64,000 bases of DNA from Tubulanus polymorphus. Lineage: Eukaryota; Animalia; Nemertea. Shown here in pieces: positions 48,992 to 62,500 of the stretch; the first letter of the stretch is position 1; every line of letters starts with the position of its first letter. Both the position numbers and the translations under genes were made by a program. Under the pieces are notes generated by a model that ran no database searches, was not told the origin of the DNA, and saw only the letters and a program-made list of their open reading frames with translations. The stretch lies in contig NC_134027.1 in the NCBI RefSeq assembly GCF_964204645.1, positions 12,804,485 through 12,868,484 on the forward strand, given 5' to 3'.

Positions 48992-49567
48992 TTAATAAAC
49001 TGTATTTACTCATTAGAAAATGAGGTTTTTAATGTTATCGCTTCTATGGTTATTCGGATATTTGAACTCTCTTCCTAAGATCTTTCCACTTTATCCTGAA
49101 AAAATCGCCGAGATTTTGGGTGAATTGGAACCTGAAAGTAAGCATCTTTCAGGTCCAATGAAGCCGCCCATTGACCCGGACGGAGCCCTTGAATCACGTC
49201 CTTGGGCTTGGTCATCCGGAACCTTGGAATGTCTAGGTGCCGATTGAGAGATGACACATCTATCACTGTCCGTTGACCCCCTGTGGCCTTTGGTACCATG
49301 AATATTCGAGAAAACCAACCGGGAGAAGTTTTGTTGCAAACTGGTTCTATCACTCCCTTCTCAGCCAATTCCTTGAGAGCTGGAGAGATTAAGGCCTCCT
49401 GACCTGGTTTTGGCCGCATGTCAGGAGGTGACCTCATCAGGCGCGGTCGCCTTAGGAAACGGAGACGGTAGCCACGAGAGACGACCCGGGAGGGCCAACC
49501 GTCTCCAAAAAGGTCGGACCAGTGGGTTGCTGCCTGCTGCAGACAACCTCCCACTGGTCCCAAGAAT

Positions 49568-51124
49568 TCATTTCGAGTTGTTCCGAAAGGAAGAGCCCCT
49601 TTTTGGAGCCTTCCCCTTGTCTCGATGCGAACCGGAACTGTTACGACCGGACGAGGCTTGACACGATTGTTGAAGTTGCGCGCTAGTTCTCCAACCGGCA
49701 TCCGAAGCCGCCTGAGAAAGCGCTGAAGTTTGAGATGGTCCTGTTTGCGTCCGTGCCAACCTTGCGCCGCCGGCGTCGGACCAGAATGCTTTTTCCACGG
49801 AGTTCGAGGGTTGGACTTGGCCTGAACCTCCCGAATCTTCCTCAGCTCTGCGGAAACCGGAGCGCATCAACCAGAGAAGAGACGTGCCATATCCGGTAGA
49901 CGAGTTTTGGAACTGGAGTCCATCACTGACTGACAGGAGGCTAACACAAGATTAGCCTGACCCCGAACCGACAACGGAATTACATGCGAAACAGACCGAG
50001 CCAAAGATTGGATAATCCGGTCCATTCCCTCCAGTTTTAGGGCAACTGACTCTGGGTCGGAGCCCGCATGAACGGCGGCGTGAGTCTCGCGAAGCTCACC
50101 CGTCAACACCTTAAGTGCCATATCTTGAAACGAACCAACCCTGGTAAGATTGTCCAGGATTGACGTCATGGCCACCAAACCGGACTTAGGCAAACGAATA
50201 CCTGACTGTGCTGTAACAGTATCCGGGCTGATCAAAGTATAATCAGCATCCAGGCAGTTATGACTGTGATCCACAGCACCTGGAGTTGCGTAATACGCCG
50301 AGCGAAATGCGCCTATAGGTGGATCGGTTGAACTAAAATATTTCCCAGATTTCATACCCCGTTCTGGAGGGGGAAATGAAAATGTTCCAGGCCGATATTC
50401 ACCCCATAATTGCATATCCAATCGAGCCCATTCTCTCGAAACCGCTGACGATTCCCGTAAAACGTTAAGATCGGAGTCCGGAGGGTGATAAGCTTCCATT
50501 GACTCACCGACCAGAGGAGCTGCTGTGGGCTTAGCGCGAGTTGCCCCGTGCTTGACAAAGAACTCGACGACGTCTGGACCGGACCAGTGCCCGAACCGGA
50601 CCGATGCCCGACCCGGACCGGACCGGTACCGACCGAACCGGTGCAGGCCTTTCCCGACTACCGCGGCGCGCGCTCGGTTCCGTACATGTAGTCTGAACCG
50701 GCCGAACCGGTGAACGACCAGAGACCGGTGAAAGACCGGAGACCGGTGCCGGTGAACCAGCGTTCCTCCCCGGTGAACGGAGTTGGGAAGCCGATCGTAC
50801 CTGAACGACTGGTGACCGCTCCGCTTTACGATAAGAAACAGGATTAGAAACGTCGGTTGGCACGTCGGCCGAAACCGACGAATCCCTGCTAACTCGACGA
50901 CGATCTCTTAGTTTAAGAGCCTTATCGGCCCGAAGCCAAAGGTCCTCGGACCACACCTCGCAAATCTTGCAAGGATTGCTCCTTGCACATATTTGACCGG
51001 ATTTGCGCCTACACGACGCACACGAATCGTGGTTGTCCCAGGCGCCAAACAAATGCCCGCATCCCTCCCCGCCACGATGTTGACCCTTAGGAGGGGGTGG
51101 CATAATTATCCTGTTACAAATCAA
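49568..51124 (-). pseudogene. DIRS gag-like ORF1, frameshifted
   Basis: N-terminal Cys/His cluster GCGH..DNHDSCASC..C..PCKIC..W typical of DIRS gag; pieces at 50531-51124, 49867-50499 and 49568-49870. Confidence 0.75.
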
Positions 51125-52790
51125 ATCAATTCAATTCAATAAAATACTATTTGTAAATAAAATTCTTACGGAAAAATAGAAACCAGGGATAACCCCCAAA
51201 CCGAACGGACTCACCGTTATGAGAGTGAAAACTCCCTAATATCCTAATTCCCAGATTTTTACGGCGAAAAAATCCAACGCGTTCTACTGCGAGAACGCCA
51301 AGAAAAAAGATGGCGGATTTCGCCAGTGGCTAAATGCAATACCGCAGGGCCGGGTCGTATAGAAAAACCATTGGCGATCAATTCAAATTTAGAAAATATT
51401 GGCAAAAACCATAGGAAAGGGTACAGTACTCGACGGAAATATTGTGTAAAACCTATTTTCTAAATGTGATATGTGTATAAATGATAAGTGTGTTAGTAAT
51501 TTTGATTTTAGTAAAGCCATTACTGAGAAATAAGACTTTAAAGTCGGGTATCATCACCAGTTTGCCATACACAGCAGGTGTGCGTTTACTGTGAAACACC
51601 ACTATAGCTGACGTCATTGTAGTCAAACACACATTTCCACGCACGTTGTACCACTGAACAATAACAAACTTTTGGTGCGCTTTATGAATAGCAAAGCTAT
51701 GGCAAACGAATAGATTTGATTTAAAACAATGAACTTAGCTTTATTAGATAGATTTCAAAACAGTCCGCGGTGAAATAAGCAGTGTATGTCTGAAATAATC
51801 CACTAAATTCCAGTCTCTAATCCTGAACCGTATAATCACCGTTCGTAGCGTATTCAATCCTTTTAGAGTTGTTTAAGATTCCTAAATTCTTTCTGATGTA
51901 TAGCGTTGATACTGTTATACATAACAACAAAAATTCAATGGATAGCCAGCAGTAGAGCTGTGAATACAGTGAAGGAATGATGTTGTTTTATAGATTTTAT
52001 ATATAGGCTATTAGTACTGAGTTCACACACATGTATGTTTGTTTGGCAAAGATGAAGCATGAATGTGGCGCTGACACCTGGCTGCTTCTGAGGTGCATAT
52101 GCTATATAGGTCAATGATCCAGTTATTTAATTTTACTGATTTAAGACAAATAAGTGATTTTTTTCTATAAGGCTGATCCCAGGTAGTCAGTTACATAGTT
52201 AAGTATCATTTGCAAAGTAAATCTCTAAAAGTAGGAATTAGAGGGCACTTGACCTTTAAGTTATGCTGATATAGAGAGTAATTTCATGCTATATCATCAT
52301 CATATTTTTTGTACATAGGCCAATTTCAAATCCATTCTTACCCTACTCACATCCCTTCTAAATGGCAGTTTGAATTGCCAATATGGTGGTACAACTATAA
52401 ATGTAGCTAATGTGAGCGAAATACGTTCGTCATTGTATATTGTTATAAGTGAGTGTCAAATTTTGCAACTACAACTGCCTTATATCTTCATTCTTTTTAG
52501 TGGCTTCTAGTGTTAAAAACAAGTAAAAACTGCTGTGCGTGTGAATAAACAACACTTGCACGTCTGGTTGAGTGTGTATAGTGTACTACAAAACGCTAAC
52601 CACCAAATCTGTGTTTATACTACACAAAATATGGTGCCAGCTGAGCACCGTATTGAAATTGGATTTACTGAATAAGCCGCAAATAGGCCTGGAAAAATTT
52701 AACCGAGTGAATGCTTAGTGCTGTACTGAAAACCTCATGTGAACACTTCTGCTTTTGTAGTGTCATAGTTTGTTCTCCAGTAGAACTTAC

Positions 52791-53081
52791 ATCACTATCC
52801 GAATGAGCTTCATAATGATTTGGAGTTTTGTCCGAAGTCACATCAAAAGTGTATATCAACCTTAGTTCACTAGATAACAACTCATAGCCACAGACATTTA
52901 TGAGACCAGTTTTCTGCAAGTCCATTAACTGATCATCCTGTAAATCGCGTATAGCAGCGTGTACTCTTTTGAAATCGCCTTTCAATCGTGCACCAAGTAA
53001 CCTATGATCTGGTTCGGCTCGTAGATGGACACCATACTTTTCTTTATCAGCTGTCACTGTCAGTTTTCGAATGTTCAGTTC
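52791..53081 (-). CDS. IARS1: IARS1 exon (ELNIRKLTVTADKEKYGVHLRAEPDHRLLGARLK..YEAHSDSD)
   Basis: Strong IARS1 match; AG/GT boundaries. Confidence 0.95.
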
Positions 53082-54569
53082 CTTTAATAGAAAATAAGAC
53101 CATGCATGCACAATTGCACATAAAATTCATTAAAACTAAGGTTCATACCTATGATAGCAATTTTGGACGAGGAAATGCAAGCTCTCATTTCAAAGAATGA
53201 ATGACTTTTCAGGCCAAAGTATAGTTTACGACGAAAATAGTGTAGATATTAACGCGCATGAGTTTATAATATATCTATAATTATAATAGAGTCGTAATAT
53301 ACAAAAGTTGAACAGGTTTGTAGGTCTATGAGCATACATTATGTAAAAGGGGTGGACACGAGGTCTACAGGTTGACTGGTCAACTTGCATGTGGCTGATC
53401 ACAACTTGAACAGGTGTACAGGTCTACGATACACACCAATAGGTACACAAGGTAAACAGGTAAACTAGCATACATCGACACCGCCAATTCTTGGCAGGTA
53501 CAAGGGTGATCAGACAGATGCAGTAAACAAGACAAAAGATCCAATACCGATTTATTCAGTAACAAAAAGTCCAAAAAACAAACAAAATATAGGAGCTTGA
53601 CCCAGTCTTGATACATGTCAAAATTACATTACATGTACTAAAAAACAATATTGATTGATAAATATCCCCATTAGCTTGACCCTCGGAGTTTATTGGGTGC
53701 CACCGTTCTGTTTATGATTTACCCATTTGGTATCGTCTTGCAACAATCCGAAATGAACTAAGAGGATCCCGACACCATTTTTTATGGGAGATTATGTCCG
53801 CTGCTCTTATAAACTAGAGCCCCAAGGGGCACTATGGCCAGCCTGCCAGCTTTTCATAAAATGGCAAATGATGCATTCCGTGGCCGGGTTAAATTTGTCC
53901 AAATACACTCCCAGCTCATTTACTAGTCAATCCCAGGCTAATTTACACAATTCAATCGTGTTTTCATAAGTAGCACAGACAGTGAATGGAGCTGGCAGGA
54001 ACAAATACCTCAGATAAATCTTTTCCCTTGGTCTTATTGATTTGAATGCGGAATATAATTGAATTTTCTGAAATTTGCTCAATGAAAAAAAAATTGAATT
54101 GGATCTGCTGTTTACCTTGTTCAATAAAGTAAAATTGAATTGGATTTGATATATTTTGATTGAATTTGCAGTTTGAGCACATGGCTAATTAGCATATCAA
54201 GGTCATCCATCCGATTTGAGAAAAAGCTATTTTTCCCGGACTTTGCACAATTGTCAACGATAGTTTCTGTAGTGCAAATAAAAATATTCCTCCCAAAAAC
54301 CAAATCAACTAAAGATTTCACAGAAATCGATATTGAAATACAATTTTAGATCTTAAAATGAAACTCGGAAGTAAACGATAGACGATACCGCGGGTTCATG
54401 TGAACACAAGTGAGGTATCATACTGATAACACATGGGTTAGTTTAAATTATGTAACTATGTTACGCAAATAGGACAAGATGAATAACATGAAATATAAAG
54501 AACTAGGAGTTGATAATTTCCTCAAATAACCCGTTTCCACCTACGAATGATCACTATCGATTGAATATC

Positions 54570-54985
54570 ACTAATTCTTCACAGGCTCCCAATCAAATCC
54601 CGTATTCAGTTTAAAATCCTAGTCTTTACATTAAAATCCCTAAACTGTAACACAATAACTACAGTCAATTGTGCAATATAAATCATCCGCTAGAGTTTTC
54701 AGATCTAACAATCAATCCCTGCTAGTCATTCCCCACATTAATCTCGTCTCAGCCGGGCATAGAGCCTTTGCATACTCTGCCTCAGTACTCTGGATTAATT
54801 TACCTCGTCCAATTAAATCTTGTCCTTCAAGCGATGTTTTTAAGTCTAATCTCAAAAACCATTTGTTCATCAAAGCTTTTAATTAAACCAGTTTTAGTTT
54901 TCTATGTTTTATGTTGGCTTTTTGTATATGATGTAAAGCCAATGAGCATATTTTATATGGATTTTAAGCTGAATAAATTATTATT
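54570..54985 (+). mobile_element. 3' remnant of a CR1/L2-type LINE
   Basis: LHRLPIKSRIQFKIL and GHRAFAYSASVLWINLP..FKSNLKNHLF; followed by AATAAA and TTA repeats. Confidence 0.7.
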
Positions 54986-55632
54986 AATACTAATGACACC
55001 AGGATAGCTGCAAATTGCGTGATTATTGGCCGGTACATTAAATAACTCTTTTCATAGAATGCCCATGACCAATTTCAATGAAAAATGGCAAACCATTAGC
55101 AAGCAACCGGTCTCAGAATCCGGGGCCAGAATTGAGATTTTTGGGCACAGAAGTCACAGGACAACCATCTTGAGTCCGATCGACCAATTTTTCTCATGCT
55201 GATAGGCCCTTGTGGGATACAAAAGTATGAAAAAGATCAAGATAATTTATCTTAGAAACTTTAAAATTTCCCTAGAACATTTCAAAGTTGGCCATTTTGA
55301 TTCTGATCAGACTAATTTTTGTGTTGAAGATGTATCTTGGGTAGATACATGTATAAACCAAATATGAAGACCATCCATAGATTCTTCAAAACCAAGGTCA
55401 ATCTTCAAAACTTGCTATTTTTCTTACGGGACCTGCGGGAAATGTACAACACATTTTGTTCATTAGGTATATACAGATTTGATGGCTGTCTGCTACTATC
55501 ATATGCACTTTGTACTATCTGATTCATCAGTCCTAGCTTAACCATGCATACATACTATATGGACAGCCCCTTAGACATAAATGTCTATACCTGCTGTCAT
55601 TACTAAGAATTCATACAATTAATTACGCTTAC

Positions 55633-55716
55633 CTCTAAGATGTACTTTTCAAGTGATTGAACATCATCTCTGCACTGTTTGTCTTTGTGAATAACAACAA
55701 GCTCTTTCAAAGGGTA
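55633..55716 (-). CDS. IARS1: IARS1 exon (YPLKELVVIH..SLEKYILE)
   Basis: Conserved sequence; AG/GT boundaries. Confidence 0.92.
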
Positions 55717-56141
55717 CTGAAAGTTTAGGCAAGATGCTAAGTTATCTTTAACCTCATTAGGAGTAAGGCCATGGGCAAATACTATACATGAACATGAGGA
55801 CAGAAGTTAATATTTGAGTCTCTTCTACTACTGTTGTCTCTATGGGAAATAACATCAATTAACAACTAAGTGACTTGAAGAGACACCTTAATTCCAATAG
55901 TTTGATGATTATTCACCCAATCAAATTCAATGAACATTCAGTTCTACAGTTTGAAGTTAAGTCATCTTGCGCTAGAATCATTTTCAGATACCTAAAATTC
56001 ATTTTCAGATATCTAACTCTTTAAATTCAAATTCAAATTCACGTCTAACAGTACCCTACATATAGGATACCAGTTCTCAAAGAACGTAGTGCTTTATGTA
56101 TACTGCAATTTTCCTCAACAAGAACCAAAAATTATCATTAC

Positions 56142-56244
56142 CTTCAGGGGAAGTGTTTTACGGTCACGTATTACTCTTCCAAGTTCAATTACTGCCTGTG
56201 TTTTTGACACTGCATCTTCAACTCTAGTATCAATCAGGTTTTCT
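56142..56244 (-). CDS. IARS1: IARS1 exon (ENLIDTRVEDAVS..VIELGRVIRDRKTLPLK)
   Basis: Conserved VIELGRVIRDRKT; phase matches the previous exon. Confidence 0.92.
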
Positions 56245-56613
56245 CTAAAAATTTGAATTTTTGGAACTAAAATTTTCATTTCCGAATAGTCCCTTCCCGT
56301 GGTTCACGCAAATAATCGATTGATCTACAATGATTTTTTGCGCCGTAAAACCCTAACAATACTTATTAATACCTTAAAAATAGTTATTTAAGGGGTTCTG
56401 TGTGAGTTGATGTGCACGATGTCATCGATCTTGACGTTTCAAAACAACAATAAAAGTTGTAAATTTTGACGTGAATGGTAATGAAATATATTCAATTGGA
56501 ATTAATGAAAATTGCCAATAGATTGGTTCGATTTACGGATAATTGCATGAAATCGTGAAACTTAATGATTTCAGGCGATTCAATTATATGATCATAATAA
56601 ATCAAATTATTAA

Positions 56614-58865
56614 CCCATTAGCACTCAAGCCGCCCATATCCACCCTGCCTATTACTCCTCAAGCCGCCCGGCACTTTTTTCGTATGCTGCACAAAAACAT
56701 TTATAGTGGGATTCAAACCCAATATCTTATGATAAACTACACACCTAAGTCCTCGAAATACCAAACAGAAATCAACATCCTCCTATTTCAATTTCTCAGT
56801 ACTCATCACTGTGCAGCAGTTGACAAACTAATACAAATAATCAGGCTCCAAAACGGATCACTAATGCGAACGTCAATAAAATTACTTCAATTAATGATGA
56901 TAAAACAAATATTCTAGTTGTGTAAATATCAGACTCATCTCTAACTAGAAAGAAAATTTTTAATAGGACGACGACAGAGAATAGAAATTATAAGTGGAAC
57001 TCAGGGTGAATAGGTTGGTCCAAACGAAGTTCCACTGTTAGACAAAGAGTTGAACATATAATGCAAGTTTAAGGTATTACAGGGATTTAAGGCAAAAAGG
57101 AGCAGTTAGCATCCCTGCAAGTTTGAAAACTAGAGGGAAAAAGGTCCCGAAGCTCGAAATATTGTAAGCTTGATCAACAAAATCGTTGTTGGTATGGATT
57201 GATATTGCCTTACATACAATTAGAGGGGTTGAGAAACGAAGGTATCATTTTAGTAATCGGTGCATGTTTAATCAAAGTTATACTTACCACCTTAATGACC
57301 ACCGGATACAGTCTGCTCTCGGCACAATCGCCAAGAACCCATGACATAGGCCAATGACCATGCAGTCCATGGGGTACAAGCTTCACATCCATCTGTTAAC
57401 ACAGTTATTTGAAGCTGTTCACAGACTGAACCAAAGGCAACTGCTAACTGTACCCTTAGGCCCTGGAGCTAGTCAAACGATCGACCAAGTGGAACAGAAT
57501 GAATATTTACCAGCAGTCTCATTAGAATTCTTACATGATATCTTAAAGATTGATTATGGAATTCTTTGACTTGAAAAATGTTTGATAGATCAAGGAGAAT
57601 GATACAAAACAACTACGATGAGGGTGCAGGCCGGTTACTAAGTTACTGAATGCGTGGCGTTAAACGGACGTAATTGTTTGACATGACGGATTTCACGATA
57701 ACAATAGGACGTGTACTACGTACCGTTGTCCTAAAAATTCGATGCTATCAGTAAATCAGCCATGTGGCGAACACGGAAGTAAATTTCCGCATTTGAATCC
57801 ACATTTTTGTCAAATATCTTGATGCAACGTTACCTTATGCACGGGATATCAAAACTAGATGAAACATTGAACACATCGCACACAATTAATCGTTATATTG
57901 TACACCTTGAGTATCAGTATTCGCGCTAGAAATTATGAATTACAACCTATTCAATTGTGCTGCCATTTTGTTTGTGAAACCATTGTGTTTGTTTGATCCA
58001 CCTCAATCAATTTTATGACGTCAAATGGAAGTCAAAACCGGGACAACACAAATCTTATATAACCAAGATTTTGAGGGGTTTCGTCTTTGAAAGCCCATAA
58101 CTACCGAACAAAGCGTCGGATCTTGGTGATATGAAGTTCTTCTGACGCAAATAGCATTGAATTTTCACATGTGTTATTTGGATAGTTAACCCATTAGCAC
58201 TCATGCCACCCGTATCCGCCCTGCCTATTACTCCTCAAGCCGCCCGAATCTGCCCAGCACTTTTTTCATATGCTGCACAAAAACATTTATAGTGGGATTC
58301 GAACCCAATAGCTCATGATAACCTACACACCTAAGTCCTCGAAATACAAACTTAGATTTTACCTCGAATTTTCTGAGGAGTAATTGACACTACATAGTGC
58401 AATTCCTGAGTGCTAATGGGTTAAAGATGCTGCATAAAAAACGTGCTCAAATAAATCCAATTTATTAAACTTTTTGGTAAATTTCTCAAAAAATATGAAA
58501 CCCATGGCTTTCAACTTTGCACACCATAAAGAAAAACCAATTACGAAAACCCACTGAGATTCATATCAGTTCACTGCAGACAGTCAATTTTCATTCATGT
58601 TTATTCATTGGTTGGAATGTTTGTGTTGTTCCATATATATATATGATGGCAATTGGATTATTGATAAAATCCAGCGCGGTATTATGCTGAGAAACACATG
58701 GGTTAGTTTAAACCCTTGACTATTTACGACAAAATTACATTGACTTGTAATGCATGGAAATAAACAGCAAATGAACTATTTGGTATCGTGACGAACTTGG
58801 ATTTCACCTTGAATCTTCTGAGGAGTAATTGACACTACATAGTGCAATTCCTGAGTGCTAATGGG
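56614..58865. mobile_element. Non-autonomous piggyBac-like element
   Basis: TTAA|CCCATTAGCACTCA ... TGAGTGCTAATGGG|TTAA. Confidence 0.7.
58190..58420. mobile_element. 231-bp piggyBac-like MITE of the same family nested inside it
   Basis: Same TIRs and TTAA flanks; its sequence matches both ends of the outer element. Confidence 0.8.
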
Positions 58866-59168
58866 TTAATAGTTGTTTGTAGAGCATTAATATCCAGATT
58901 ATAGGGTAAGAAAGTGTTCGCGAAAAGATACAAAACTTAAAATCTTTACTAGTACTTAGTTAGATTTAGTTTCATTTCCAATTGGTTAAGTCTTAATTAA
59001 GTAGTAATAAGCAAACACAGAAAGTCTATGATTTAAAGACAAGTATCGATACGCAAAATTTCATGAGAATTTATTTTGGGACAAGTCTCCATTCTATCCA
59101 GTTCATTACATTGTTTCAAGACCACATTTTCATATCATTGAACATATTATATCACGCTAACAACTTAC

Positions 59169-59290
59169 TTTGGCGTTGGTAACATTAGGTAATGAATACT
59201 ATTGACATCTCCATTCTTTTTTGAATCCTCTGGGATATATTTCTTAAGACCTCGGTACATCAGTTCAGTCAGAAAAGGGATAAAGGATGC
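59169..59290 (-). CDS. IARS1: IARS1 exon (ASFIPFLTELMY..SIHYLMLP)
   Basis: Anticodon-binding domain motif; AG/GT boundaries. Confidence 0.93.
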
Positions 59291-59938
59291 CTAGAAATAA
59301 TGATGGATATTCAGATAGAAAAGCACGTTTATCATCACAAATAACTATTGATTGCCCAGACATCCTACTACCAGTTTGCCATGAAAGCAATACGAGCAAC
59401 ACAACAAAATAGAATAAGCGGATCAGAGATACCATGTTCCCCAAGGGAATCTATGAAGTGCAATACATCCAGATCTTTTTGACAATATCTGATGCACGTA
59501 ATTTGACTTGTATGAATGCATTGGGGCGGTTTCAAATGTGTGTACAATTGATCGTGTGTTACATAAATACCATGATTGAACCAGTGGCGTTGGATGTGCA
59601 GCGACTGCAGGAGCAAAAGCCGCAGCAATAACTTACTGAATTACATTTTTTTTCTTTGAATATCACGGTTTTGAAGAAATTGACATGTATTCACCATGCT
59701 ATCGAAATCGGCAATTGCTTATCTAAAATTGCGATCTAAAATTACCTTTAACGCACCTGCAGACAATTCATTTCATATCAATATCCAGCACCCTTGTAGG
59801 GGAAGATGAGATATTGGCTCAATCCATACAAACTCCTATGTTTAAAGTAATAATCCTCAAGCCACCTGCATCCTGCCCTGCCTTATCCTCAAGCTGCCCG
59901 AAATCAGCCTTTACTTCAAAGTAAATACCTTTACTTAC

Positions 59939-60016
59939 CATTACTTTAGTCATGCTGAACAAAACTGAGAAGAGAGTTTCAATGGTTTTATGGCAATCTT
60001 CCTTTCCATTTTCACC
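59939..60016 (-). CDS. IARS1: IARS1 exon (GENGKEDCHKTIETLFSVLFSMTKVM)
   Basis: Conserved sequence; AG/GT boundaries. Confidence 0.92.
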
Positions 60017-60745
60017 CTTAAAAAAGAAAGAAGAACAAATCTCACACTAATAACCATGCACAGAGCTGCCAACCATAAAACAATGCTATCAGAAGAAATC
60101 ATTTCAGTACTTTGTCCAGTTTGTCATATGACCTTGGGGTACCAAAAGGTACATTTAGTTCAGGAGTCCTAAGACCCATGAAATCCCCTAATGGTTGCAC
60201 AGGGCGGTCCATAAGTGCATGAAGAGAATCATGCAGCATTTGAATTGTCGAATTGCATGCTCAGGCAGAAATAAACTTGGGGGGGGGGTGTGGTTAGTAA
60301 GGACCTGAAAGTCTCATATCAGTTTTAGCACACAATCCACAGATTTCCAATTCCCCTTCGAATTCTCCAAAATCATCCAGTTCCATAACCATATAGGCTA
60401 TAGGCTATCAAATTTAGGCTTATTTAGCTGCAGGGATACAATGGTTTGCTTGTGGCACTTTCCCGCCGGAGATTGGTTGGCCTACATGCACGAAATAGTT
60501 TGTTGGTCTTATATCCATTTATGTAGTTGAACGCCTGAATCCAAGAACATGTCTATCCCACTTTTGAGCTCAAACATCTGCTTTTACTTGGTAGCCACTT
60601 GTGAACAATAAGCAAGTAATGCTATGAGCTACTTTTCCAGTAGTATATATTTAAAAGCTGTCACTATGAAATAATCTTCCTTTCATTCCGGTTGGCTTTT
60701 CATAGTGGCTATTTGAAAGCATCTAATTTTGAGTCAGCAATGACC

Positions 60746-60853
60746 TATATAAGATACATTCACAGTCAGTTCTAGGCCAAAATGTATATTTTAGGGATCG
60801 AAGATGGCCACCAGTCATTTTGGCCTGGAACTGACTGTGAATGTATCTTATAT
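60746..60853. repeat. Short foldback with ~38-bp arms
   Basis: TATAAGATACATTCACAGTCAGTTCTAGGCCAAAATG / CATTTTGGCCTGGAACTGACTGTGAATGTATCTTATA. Confidence 0.8.
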
Positions 60854-62053
60854 ATGACACGCAAATAACCTAATTTTATATCTAATCTGAGAGGAGTGAA
60901 CAGTATGGTATAATATAACGTGGATTAATTCAGACTGCGATGATATGTGTTAATACAGTTAAATTATGCTGACGGTGTTATTTTTACTCAATTACTATGG
61001 TTATTCTTTATTTACTTCTGACCACTTTTCAGATGATGATCAGTTTTTTTTTCTCTTTTGGTTGACAAGGGTAACTGTACTTGTGTTGTTTTATTGCCTG
61101 AACACTGCTCTGATGTAAGATGTCGGACGTTACTATCATTGCATCACAAAATTCTGTCAAAAAGCTACTTCCAGTTAAATCGAAAGATCTTCGAAACAGG
61201 GAAATGCGTACTACTTGCTATCGCCAACTGGACTTCGGGACGCTATAACTACACAACACATCTGCAGATCATTCAAAATGACAGTAACGTATCGTCACAT
61301 CGACCGTATATAATGACAACATGCAACTCTTTCGTGAATGACTGAGAATCCGGCCGTTACTACCCAGCGTTTGCACATTTTCGCGCGGTGAATCTCAATC
61401 TTCCATGTTTTACGTGGTGGAAGGAGTTTTGATGAACTTTCAGCATCTACGTCTTCCGCAAATTTGGAGGACCGAATTTAATTGGACAAGGGGGCATCTG
61501 TCACCCTAATATAAGTCACATATTTCATAATCATATATATCTACATTCATACTTATTTCATAAGGAACGGTTCATAATCATTCATATCTCTTACTACATG
61601 GAAATGCTTCGCAATAATAATAATATTAACAATGTGAATAACTTATGAATATAGTATCAATATGTGCTTTAATCCTAATCAACATGTGACATTACTAAAT
61701 ATGATTTCATAGTAATTCGCTCTAGTCAGTGCTCATCAATAATTAATCAATGTCTCTCAAATATGTCGCTAGGTGTTAGTTTGTGAGTCCAGATGTCTAC
61801 AACTTGTCTGACACCTAGTTCTCACATTATACTCATGATTCTGTATATAGAGACTATGTAAAGTTATGATAATCATTCTCCTTCCGGGATGCAATAAAGA
61901 TTGTACATATAAGGTTTAACTGCCTTGTTGTTCCTGATGGATGGAATCCTGTACCACTGGTGTAAATGCTAGTTCCCCAGCCAGCCTGCCGATACAACAA
62001 CCACACGGTTACAAGTGATACATATCCAATCAATCATCATCAATAACTCTTAC

Positions 62054-62266
62054 CTTCAATCTTTTTCTGTTCATTCTAACATACCAATTGGTAAGCTGGT
62101 CAACAAACTTGATAAGTTTAGGAACTACAGTGTACAGTCTATAAGCTGCCATTTCTTGACGAACAAATTTAATGAGAGACTGGGTAAAGGAAAGAATCCA
62201 GTGATCCATGTAATTAGTGGAAATGACAACTGAATCCTCATCATAGGTGAATGCAAATCCTTCTTC
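62054..62266 (-). CDS. IARS1: IARS1 exon (EEGFAF..MDHWILSFTQSL..YRLYTVVP..LTNWYVRMNRKRLK)
   Basis: Conserved LTNWYVR.NR; AG/GT boundaries. Confidence 0.95.
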
Positions 62267-62500
62267 CTGTAATTAACAGTAAGCTTAATCAGGACGATTA
62301 AATGCCATTGAACGTTTTTTTTGTAATGTAGAGTCAAACTTTTTAAAGTCATCATAGCTGGGACAACCATTATGCTAACACTATCCAAATCACGGCTACA
62401 CTTCGTAAATTGAAATAGAAATCAATACACAAATTGGGACCCAAAAATAGTGACAACATAATCGATTTCAACTGTAGAATAACCTTATCGTATACATTAC

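Larger units (their letters stand above)
48511..49081. mobile_element. 5'-truncated Penelope-like element with inverted pLTR (near-perfect ~550-bp palindrome)
   Basis: Arms ~48511-48755 and ~48816-49060. The centre encodes ALFIKAQRPSLNQQLFQNGSSFILNVFK* (48755-48841), resembling a GIY-YIG C-terminus. CTTTCCACTTTATCC is duplicated at 48501-48515 and 49082-49096. Confidence 0.8.
47070..49701 (-). pseudogene. DIRS pol (RT, RNase H, methyltransferase-like), interrupted at 48516-49081
   Basis: LDLKDAYFQVPI, LPFGLSTAP, YLDDW, FTDGS, HINFLEM, TDN, NVMADALSR, DLFA, DAFSLDW..YAFPP. Confidence 0.9.
45451..51443 (-). mobile_element. Full-length DIRS1-type tyrosine-recombinase retrotransposon in an IARS1 intron
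   Basis: Inverted terminal repeats (~45490-45607 vs ~51313-51430), internal complementary region 45671-45767, and gag, RT/RH/MT and YR ORFs. Confidence 0.93.

Noticed and set aside
61440-62000. Possible LTR (purine run then TGTCACC..AATAAA..ACAACA)
   Set aside because: No second LTR, TSD or recognisable coding remnant seen; too weak to call.
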